A DNA stretch of 32,000 bases from Candidatus Saccharimonadota bacterium (GTDB lineage Bacteria > Patescibacteriota > Gracilibacteria > UBA1369 > 2-02-FULL-48-14): positions 360,001 to 392,000 of the forward strand of contig OZ246396.1 in NCBI GenBank assembly GCA_965230905.1. Direction: 5' to 3'. The position numbers and the translations under genes were made by a program. Positions within the stretch are counted from its first letter, which is position 1; each line of letters begins with the position of its first letter. The notes beneath the pieces are model-generated. The model was not told the DNA's origin. It worked only from the letters and a program-made list of their open reading frames with translations, and did not search any database. Below, piece after piece: positions 19,012 through 25,875 of this stretch.

Positions 19012-19116
19012 CCATCATCGAGGCACGCAACCGGGCATTATCGTTTGGATTATCTAGATTATCGTTGTTGAACTTTGCCTTATCATCATTCCAGTTTCCA
19101 TAGGCGACGTTACCGT
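19008..19116 (-). repeat. DGR template repeat (TR)
   Basis: About 109 nt, homologous to VR1 and VR2. Sense (minus) strand: GGTAACGTCGCCTATGGAAACTGGAATGATGATAAGGCAAAGTTCAACAACGATAATCTAGATAATCCAAACGATAATGCCCGGTTGCGTGCCTCGATGATGG. It is rich in AAC/AAT/GAT codons. Nearly all TR/VR differences fall on TR adenines. Confidence 0.9.
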
Positions 19117-19152
19117 GAGTTGACCGCACCTATCCGATAGATCTTCACAGCC

Positions 19153-19185
19153 GCAACCATGAAGTCCGCATTGGTTTGCTTTTTT
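19153..19185 (+). terminator. Candidate terminator for the avd transcript (after it has crossed the TR in antisense)
   Basis: Stem GCAACCA / TGGT(T)TGC (7 bp, one bulge) with a 12-nt loop, followed by T6 (19180-19185). Confidence 0.35.
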
Positions 19186-19360
19186 CAAGGCCTTCTATGA
19201 CCTTAGATGCGGCTCAAACGTGATGGGTATTAATACTTTGTGATTGAGATTGTAGGCAGTGCTTCACATGGCGCTGACTATTTATAGACCTCAATTCTAT
19301 GGTAGCTGCCGTCGTAGCGACAGATGCTATTCACCACGACCGTAGTTTAAACGACTCCGC

Positions 19361-19387
19361 AAAAAAGAAAAAGCCCGCTTCGCGGGG
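19361..19387 (-). terminator. Rho-independent terminator after DGR target 1
   Basis: Minus strand reads CCCGC-GAA-GCGGG followed by CTTTTTCTTTTTT. It lies about 30 nt after the stop at 19416. Confidence 0.7.
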
Positions 19388-19415
19388 AAGGATAAGAAAA
19401 AATAAATTTCAAATG

Positions 19416-20375
19416 TTAAGCTTCAACTTCACCCATCACCGAGGCACGCAACCGGGCACCAGCGCTTGGATTACCTAGACCATCGCGGTCGAACCCCGCC
19501 CTAGCACCAGCCCCGTACCCAAAGGCGACGCTGCCGTCTCGAACGTGGGCAGCTTTAGGTTCACCAGCAAGTAAAGTGAACTGAGAACTACTAGCGTTAA
19601 TCATATCTGTTGGCTTGCCTACCCTGAGGTTCCTCATCATGAGCATCATATAAGCATGGGCATTCATACTTTGAATACCTTTACTGGCATAGTTCGCTTC
19701 AAAGTCTGCTATACGCTTATCATTCCTCATACTTTGTTGTTTATTCCATGGTTCTGACGCATCAGTACCATTAAAGTTTTGAGCACCTTCCACAATTGCG
19801 AACCGGTATTTTGTAATTTCTTGGTCTCTACGCACGCCGAAGTGCTGCGCAGCCTGCATGACTGTATCTTTAAAGAAGTCACCCACATAGGCATCCTGTT
19901 GGCCAGTTATGGCCCCTTTATTCTTGCACTCGGGTTTATTAATTGCAGTTTGGAGTCGCTCTATATTTGTGTCTGGAACAATTAACAATACTGACTCTCG
20001 TAGCTTTCTAAGTTCAGCTATTTGCTCAGGCTTAAGCTGCTTTAAGATGGATGCTTTAATTTTTTCTTTGCTTGGTGCTCTTTCACCCTTTCGTGGGTCT
20101 AAAACGAGTGAGAGAGTGGTAGAAGCCTCACCATACTCACGGTCCACAATATCTTTAATCCATTCTTCATCGTTTTTCTCTAGATTTCTTGTTTTACCAG
20201 ACAAAACTGCCTCAATATCACTACGCAAAGTGTCTATTTCCTGAACTAAACTGCCTTTATCTGGCGAGGCTTTTATCCTTGGGATTGCGGCGTCCACAGC
20301 GGCTTTTACCTTCTCATTTGAGAGGTATAATTCGCTTCTGCGTAGTTCGCTTATGAAAGTATCTGTATCGTTCAT
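19416..20375 (-). CDS. DGR variable protein 1 (319 aa; C-terminal variable module only)
   Basis: The C-terminal ~215 aa are homologous to the C-terminus of the next gene (LLIVP...INKPECK...DAY...YRF.I..G...WN...). The last ~35 aa are encoded by VR1: GSVAFGYGAGARAGFDRDGLGNPSAGARLRASVMGEVEA. Confidence 0.85.
   Translation of the reverse strand: MNDTDTFISELRRSELYLSNEKVKAAVDAAIPRIKASPDKGSLVQEIDTLRSDIEAVLSGKTRNLEKNDEEWIKDIVDREYGEASTTLSLVLDPRKGERAPSKEKIKASILKQLKPEQIAELRKLRESVLLIVPDTNIERLQTAINKPECKNKGAITGQQDAYVGDFFKDTVMQAAQHFGVRRDQEITKYRFAIVEGAQNFNGTDASEPWNKQQSMRNDKRIADFEANYASKGIQSMNAHAYMMLMMRNLRVGKPTDMINASSSQFTLLAGEPKAAHVRDGSVAFGYGAGARAGFDRDGLGNPSAGARLRASVMGEVEA
19429..19537 (-). repeat. DGR variable repeat VR1
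   Basis: Offset +421 from the TR. My manual alignment gives 22 substitutions at TR-adenine positions and 2 at non-adenine positions. The 3' IMH-like end GCCCGGTTGCGTGCCTCGGTGATGGGTGAA differs from TR ...CTCGATGATGGTTAAG. Confidence 0.9.
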
Positions 20376-20413
20376 TTTAAATTAAAGAAAAAAAGAAAAG
20401 CAAATTTTAAATG

Positions 20414-22981
20414 CTAAGTTTTAATTTCACCCATCACCGAGGCACGCAACCGGGCACTATCGAGTGGAAAATCCAGATTAGCGTTGTGGAACCCGGCCCT
20501 AGCACCAGCCCAGTCGCCACAGGCGACGCTACCGTTTCTTTGAACCTGTTCCAGCAATGTTATTGTATTTTTGTCTATAGGGGCACCGCTCTTCATGGCT
20601 CGCATTTGTAATAGAGCATAAGATTGGTCATCTAAGCCCATCATAGATTTTGGTCTAAAGTTGGCATTAAAGGCGTTGATACGCTCTTGATTAGTCGGTG
20701 TTTTGGTTCCAATTTTTGCCTGATTCCACTCACCGTGATCAGTAATGTCTTCAACTCCATCTGTAATTACGAATCTATACCCTAAGATTTTGCCATCGTC
20801 TAAAGCTTTTCCCTTGGGGGCAGTTAAACCTGCTTTTGCCTGTGTGCACTGCAAGTTAAAAGTCTCCTTTGTGAACTCTGAAAAGTAAGCATCGTTTGCG
20901 CTGCTAGGAGTTTTACATTCCGGCCTATTGATCGCTTTTTCATAACGGTCAAGTTTGGCAGGATACGGAACAATGAGCAGGGTTGGCTTTTTGAATTTTA
21001 CAACTTCTTCCCATTGTTCTTTCTTTACAACCTTTAATGCCTGCTTTATCTGTTCAGGTGTTGGCGCAGGCGCATCCCCGGTACCAATTTCAAATAATCT
21101 TGCTATATCTAGGGCTTCTTGAATCTGCTGTTCCATTTGTTTTTCTATTTCTTTGGGTTTTTCACGTCCCCTTCCACTAGGGTTCAGTAGTCCCAATAAT
21201 CTTTCCTGAGCTTCTCCTAGAGCCTCGTCTTCATCATCCATATCAATATCAGCCTTGGGTTTAACCCCAAACAACCTACCTACTTCCGAAGGCAGAATTA
21301 CTTCTCGGCTTTCTTCGCCCCAAAGAGCTTTATCCAATGGAGGGGCTATCACTCCGCTTCCACCAGCATCTAGGACTCCACAAACATTCAGAATCACACC
21401 TGCTAATTGTTTTTCCTGCTTATCCATATCAAACTTAGGATCTCTCAAAAAACGATCTAGTTTTTCTGCTAGGAACTGCCTAAAGGTTCTGCCTTTTGCT
21501 TTTTCCAGATCCCATCCTTCAAACATTCGAGTCAGTGTTCCAGTATCTAAGAAGCTTTTGTCCAAATGAACTTCATCCATACGTCCACCAAAGACCTGTG
21601 CAATCACTTCTTTATTGGCAGAAGCATTCAAGCCATCAATCTCACGATCGTGGCACATCTGCATGAGTTCTGCCGCCTTTGTCACCCGACGGATCAACTC
21701 TACGTCTTGAGGGCTCAGCGGTAGAAAGCCTGTGTCATCCATCATTTCTGCTAAAACTACTTTAAATAGCTCATCAGAAGGCATGTAGCCCACTTTAACT
21801 CCGGAGAGCATACGCAAAATAGCAGGATCCATGTCTTCACGAGCTTTAGTCCTATCATCTTTAAGGTTACCTGTAAAAATTTCTCCAAAGCCCTCTTTTA
21901 CTTCAAACACATCTCCGTTAAAACCGGGGAGATGAAGTTTTTGACCTACCCTCGCATTTAATTGGGCTTTAGCTGAAAGTTGTGCGCGAGTTGATCCCGT
22001 AGTGTACTCATCATGAATTACAATCTTTCCGTTGGTAATCGCAAGCGAAACTGGGCCAGGCTTGGTTCGACTTTTCATTCCTCCTTCCGCTTGATCAATT
22101 TCACGGTAACCAAATAAGTCTCTAGGAGTAGTGCCTTCATGCCACGAGACAATCTCATACCCCTCATCGTTAACTAAGTCTGCAACTAAGGTAGCTAGTT
22201 GAGTCTTACCAGTTCCAGTTGAGCCTATAAGAAATATCTTTTCTCCATGAGCTACTCCAGATAGGACACGACTTAAAAGTGTCCTTCGTGACTCCGTAGT
22301 AGCAAACCCTTTTTCTTGAAGTTCTTTCTTGTATCCAAGTAACTCTTGAACGTACAACCAACTCTTTGTGTCGGAGTCCGCAGTAGCTGTTGCTTGAGCT
22401 ATTTCAGTTTCTGCCCTCTCTCGTTTAGACTCAAGCGCTCCAATAGTCTTTTTTGTGGTTTCCTGAACCTTCCCACGTTCTCTTTTGTCTTTGAGGTACA
22501 TTGTTGTGACTTTCCGTGGGATAACTGCTCTTAAACGACTCAGTCTTGCTACTTTCTTTAGAGTTGGTCTAGCTGCTTTGAATTTTTGTGACTCTGTTTT
22601 CAGAACTCTAAAAAATTCTCTTTTAACATCTGGCACAGCAAGTAGTAGACGAATTTCTCCGCGGATTGTTTCTTTAGCATCGTCGGCATCCCGACTTTTT
22701 CCATCAGATTTTTCTAATTTTGCTAGCAATTGATCCAAATCTTCTTCCTCAGCCCAATCAAGATGTTCCTTTGCTTCTGGATTCCCCTCAGAAAAGTATT
22801 CTTCGATCAGACCTAAAAGACTTAGTGCCTTGCCCTGCACATCTTCGGACACTTTGCTGACTTCCCCTTCATCTCTATCTGTTATTTCCATTTCTTCCTT
22901 AAATCGTCCTTCGTCCGGTTGCATTAGACGACGCAGATAACGATTCATCCCATTTCCATCTTTTTGTGGCTCTTCTGACAT
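20414..22981 (-). CDS. DGR variable protein 2: MoxR-like AAA+ ATPase fused to the C-terminal variable module (855 aa)
   Basis: Walker A KIFLIGSTGTGKTQ (nt 22202-22225). Walker B KIVIHDEY. Acidic/coiled N-terminal ~240 aa. The C-terminal ~215 aa are paralogous to variable protein 1 and end in the VR2-encoded GSVACGDWAGARAGFHNANLDFPLDSARLRASVMGEIKT. Confidence 0.85.
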   Translation of the reverse strand: MSEEPQKDGNGMNRYLRRLMQPDEGRFKEEMEITDRDEGEVSKVSEDVQGKALSLLGLIEEYFSEGNPEAKEHLDWAEEEDLDQLLAKLEKSDGKSRDADDAKETIRGEIRLLLAVPDVKREFFRVLKTESQKFKAARPTLKKVARLSRLRAVIPRKVTTMYLKDKRERGKVQETTKKTIGALESKRERAETEIAQATATADSDTKSWLYVQELLGYKKELQEKGFATTESRRTLLSRVLSGVAHGEKIFLIGSTGTGKTQLATLVADLVNDEGYEIVSWHEGTTPRDLFGYREIDQAEGGMKSRTKPGPVSLAITNGKIVIHDEYTTGSTRAQLSAKAQLNARVGQKLHLPGFNGDVFEVKEGFGEIFTGNLKDDRTKAREDMDPAILRMLSGVKVGYMPSDELFKVVLAEMMDDTGFLPLSPQDVELIRRVTKAAELMQMCHDREIDGLNASANKEVIAQVFGGRMDEVHLDKSFLDTGTLTRMFEGWDLEKAKGRTFRQFLAEKLDRFLRDPKFDMDKQEKQLAGVILNVCGVLDAGGSGVIAPPLDKALWGEESREVILPSEVGRLFGVKPKADIDMDDEDEALGEAQERLLGLLNPSGRGREKPKEIEKQMEQQIQEALDIARLFEIGTGDAPAPTPEQIKQALKVVKKEQWEEVVKFKKPTLLIVPYPAKLDRYEKAINRPECKTPSSANDAYFSEFTKETFNLQCTQAKAGLTAPKGKALDDGKILGYRFVITDGVEDITDHGEWNQAKIGTKTPTNQERINAFNANFRPKSMMGLDDQSYALLQMRAMKSGAPIDKNTITLLEQVQRNGSVACGDWAGARAGFHNANLDFPLDSARLRASVMGEIKT
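20427..20535 (-). repeat. DGR variable repeat VR2
   Basis: Offset +1419 from the TR. My manual alignment gives 20 substitutions, all at TR-adenine positions. Its IMH-like 3' end is the same as in VR1. Confidence 0.9.
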
Positions 22982-23015
22982 TTGATTATTTAAATCTGTT
23001 AATTATAGCATTCTT

Positions 23016-25607
23016 TTATAACCTTTTCAAGGAGTTGCTGAGCATCCTATGCCTTGTCAGTACTGCTTCTTTCACATCGCTTAGTACCACTCCTGCGTCA
23101 GGAGTTCCAGGGTCATGACAAATCACACGAATATCTTGGGCACTTTCTCCAAAACCTATCCCTTGGACAACAATACCTCTGGCCCTGAGCCTTGTAATAA
23201 TATTCACGGCTTCGGGTTTATCACCCACTCCTCCATCTGAAACAATGGTAAGTACCTTAACGCATTTCCCATTTTTTATTTTTTGGTCTGTTTTGCCGTC
23301 TAGGGCCGCTTCATAGGCCTTCAGTGCTCCAACTAAATTTCCTCCTCCGCTCTGCGTTTTGTTGAGTTCGTCATATAGGAATGCTAGTGCCTTCTCATCA
23401 ATCTTTTGCTCGGGATTTTGTAAAACTGATACTAAGGTATCTCCTTTGAAGGAAAGTACGTGACTTCGCAAATTGATTGGATCTTTCATCCTTTTACGAT
23501 ATTTATCTAAATCGAGTCGCTTGTTTAGCATCATAAGGTTGTAGAGTCCTGAAAGGATCATCTTTTTTTGTTCTTCGGCAGGCGTTCCACTCATGGAACC
23601 TGTAAGATCCAAAATTGCATCATCTTCAAATTCAGTTACATAAATCTCTTCGCGAGTCTTAACTGCATGAATTTTATACCCTAGGGGATCTGGTTCTCCC
23701 GCAAGTAGGTCAATTGCAGCATCAACCGGATCATCCAGTTCGTCACCTTCGCTTTGACGCACGGGTCCTCGGTAAGCCTCGACGGAGATTTCGCGTCTTT
23801 TATAAATTATTTCAAATAAACTATCCCACTCTTCTTTCAGTGTGCTTGTGCGATTTTTGATGCTAGATACTGCTGGAACAGGCGTGTTGTTGACCCCACT
23901 AATGAAAGCTTCTACAGCTTTCCATTTCGCAAGAGACACTCCTGTTTGCTGTTCAAATAGTTTTGCCGGATTAGGATCTTCCTCCTTCCCTTTGGCCTGT
24001 TCCAGCATTTCTTCAAAAAGAGTTCGAACTTCTTCTAAGGAAAGTTCTTCTTGCTCTTCAGGTGGTGCAGCCTCCCCAAAATCTCCATCTTGCGGCTCGC
24101 CATTTTCCTCTTCATCATCATCATCTTCCTTTTCTTTTGCTGGAGTCGCATCAGTACGAATCCACTCCTCGCCATTCCACACTTCCCCCCAGGCGTGACC
24201 AATGCCTGCAATAGCCGCAAAGTCAAAACGCGGATCTTTTGAGATGTAATGCCCTGCAATTACTCTGTGATGAATGCCAAGATGGGCAAGCATTTGACCG
24301 TGAAAAATATTGCTCCAGTAACAATCAGCAATTCCATTGGTAGTCATCACTTGCAATAAATTATCTCCAGAGTTCAAGTAGGCTTCGTTCATCTGTGCTC
24401 TTGCCCCCTCGTCTTTTGGATATTTAAATCGTTTCCTTACGTAGGCTGCACAGCGTTTGGCCTTTTCAATATCTGAAAGGGTATGATCTTGTTCAAGGTT
24501 TTTTAAAAAACCTTCTGCTTCGTTATCAAAATTGCCTAAAACTTTCTCTATTTCTTCGGGTTCATCGTTTAGTTTAATAGCTTCATTTTGGGCTAAAATA
24601 AACTTAAACGTGACTGGTGTTTTTGCAGTTACTTTTGGTGAACCCTGCTTGGCGGCTAAATAAAAGCTTCCCGTATCACTTCTTACAATTTGGAGATTTT
24701 TAGGTTCTAGTGTGTGTGGAAGTGGAACAGCAGCATAGGGAAGTTCCAAAAGATTATCTTTGTCTGGATTGAAGACAGTTTCATAAGTGTATTCTTTAGC
24801 TTCTTCCAAATCATCTGGTGCAAAAGTGTGCGCTTGCCCAGGTTTCTGTACGATTTGTTTTTGATTGGAATCGTATGCACAAACATTTCCTCGGTAGTAG
24901 CCACCAAAAAAGGGACTGACTTTCGTTTCGATATCGTTTGGATCAATTGGTTCTTGTTCCCCAGCTCCGACCTGAGGCTTATATTCAAATTTCTTCGTTT
25001 CTTGCTTTTCTTCTTCCTTTAGCGCTAGGTGCGCCCGTTCTAAATGCCCGTAAAGTTTTAGATTAACCTCTGGAGTATATTCTTCGGAAATGAGCTCATC
25101 CAAGGCGTGAAGTTTTCGTCTGCTTTTTGGAACGGCACGGAAAGCTTTAGCCACTTCAGGGCTTAAACCTTCTGGTAACTTACCTCGAATCACGTATTGT
25201 TCACATGCGTACAAGAATTGATCGGCCAAGCCCAAGTCACCGGGATTGACTTGAGTAGGTGGAAGCTCTCGCTTAAGGTGTTTTAGACCTTGAAGCTTAA
25301 GAATATTTTTGTATCCTTTTTGATCTTGTAAAACCCGAAAGGCTGCTTGAGCGTCTTGTTGGATGAATCGTCTAGTTTGGGTCAATTCCGCTACTCTAAG
25401 TGTGGCAGCCCTTATGGCTTGATTTCGGTCACTGAATTTTTGTCGATTGACCTCAACTTTAAAGACTTCTCCATCTTTGCTGACATGGACTTTTGGTCCA
25501 GTATCTACAAGCACGATTTGATTACCCGCAAGAGTCATTTCTATCAGCTGAAGATCAGCCTCTGATAGGTCTTTTGTTTCGTCTAGTTGGTCGTCTTTTT
25601 CTGCCAT
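23016..25607 (-). CDS. Transglutaminase-like cysteine protease domain + von Willebrand factor A domain fusion protein (863 aa)
   Basis: TGase core at about nt 24138-24470: GIADCYWSNIFHGQMLAHLGIHHRVIAGHY...GIGHAWGEVWNGEEWIRTDATP (Cys-His-Asp). Acidic linker KEKEDDDDEEENGEPQDGD. C-terminal vWA at about nt 23058-23630 with a MIDAS-like DLTGSMSG and later TIVSDGG. Confidence 0.8.
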   Translation of the reverse strand: MAEKDDQLDETKDLSEADLQLIEMTLAGNQIVLVDTGPKVHVSKDGEVFKVEVNRQKFSDRNQAIRAATLRVAELTQTRRFIQQDAQAAFRVLQDQKGYKNILKLQGLKHLKRELPPTQVNPGDLGLADQFLYACEQYVIRGKLPEGLSPEVAKAFRAVPKSRRKLHALDELISEEYTPEVNLKLYGHLERAHLALKEEEKQETKKFEYKPQVGAGEQEPIDPNDIETKVSPFFGGYYRGNVCAYDSNQKQIVQKPGQAHTFAPDDLEEAKEYTYETVFNPDKDNLLELPYAAVPLPHTLEPKNLQIVRSDTGSFYLAAKQGSPKVTAKTPVTFKFILAQNEAIKLNDEPEEIEKVLGNFDNEAEGFLKNLEQDHTLSDIEKAKRCAAYVRKRFKYPKDEGARAQMNEAYLNSGDNLLQVMTTNGIADCYWSNIFHGQMLAHLGIHHRVIAGHYISKDPRFDFAAIAGIGHAWGEVWNGEEWIRTDATPAKEKEDDDDEEENGEPQDGDFGEAAPPEEQEELSLEEVRTLFEEMLEQAKGKEEDPNPAKLFEQQTGVSLAKWKAVEAFISGVNNTPVPAVSSIKNRTSTLKEEWDSLFEIIYKRREISVEAYRGPVRQSEGDELDDPVDAAIDLLAGEPDPLGYKIHAVKTREEIYVTEFEDDAILDLTGSMSGTPAEEQKKMILSGLYNLMMLNKRLDLDKYRKRMKDPINLRSHVLSFKGDTLVSVLQNPEQKIDEKALAFLYDELNKTQSGGGNLVGALKAYEAALDGKTDQKIKNGKCVKVLTIVSDGGVGDKPEAVNIITRLRARGIVVQGIGFGESAQDIRVICHDPGTPDAGVVLSDVKEAVLTRHRMLSNSLKRL

Positions 25608-25678
25608 CTGTTAATTTTACCAGAAAATGGCGGAAAAAGCACCTCTTTATGCCAATCAGACGTAAACCTGAGAAGGAC

Positions 25679-25706
25679 TTCACTTTTTAAGGTTATCTGC
25701 TACACT
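25679..25706 (+). promoter_or_regulatory. Promoter candidate for the structured leader and SLH gene
   Basis: TTCACT (25679-25684), 16-nt spacer, TACACT (25701-25706). The predicted start at about 25713 coincides with the base of the long hairpin. Confidence 0.35.
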
Positions 25707-25712
25707 TCTCCT

Positions 25713-25861
25713 GTCGCTCTACAACACATTTTTTTGTTCTCCCGCGAGGCTTGTTGCTCGTCAAACCCAGATATTGGGCAATGACGGGTACCTAGCCAAT
25801 ATCGGCTACTCCTCGCGGAGCAAGTGTTGTTGGGCGACCTAGGTGCCCTTTTTTGTTTTTT
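25713..25861 (+). promoter_or_regulatory. Structured 5' leader: ~126-nt four-segment hairpin overlapping an intrinsic terminator (riboswitch/attenuator-like)
   Basis: Pairings seen: GTCGC 25713-17 with GCGAC 25834-38. ACAACAC 25721-27 with GTGTTGT 25824-30. CTCC(C)GCGAGG 25739-49 with CCTCGCGGAG 25811-20. CC(A)GATATTGG 25767-77 with CCAATATCGG 25796-805. Terminator GGGC(G)AC-CTAG-GTGCCC at 25832-48 followed by T6GT6. The terminator 5' arm reuses 25834-38. Confidence 0.45.
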
Positions 25862-25875
25862 AACCCCCAAATCCT

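Noticed and set aside
19186-19360. I searched this region for the minus-strand promoter of the TR RNA. TATAAAT-like and TATTAAT-like boxes are present.
   Set aside because: No -35/-10 pair with convincing spacing was found, so I do not report a promoter here.
20376-20413. I looked for a GC hairpin downstream of VR2 analogous to the one after VR1.
   Set aside because: None is present. The spacer is A/T-rich and leads directly into the next gene. I note this only as a difference between the two VRs.
24035-24259. Short ORFs on both strands and a GAT/GAA-rich stretch suggest a possible repeat element.
   Set aside because: This is the acidic linker (KEKEDDDDEEENGEPQDGD) between the transglutaminase and vWA domains of the 863-aa protein.
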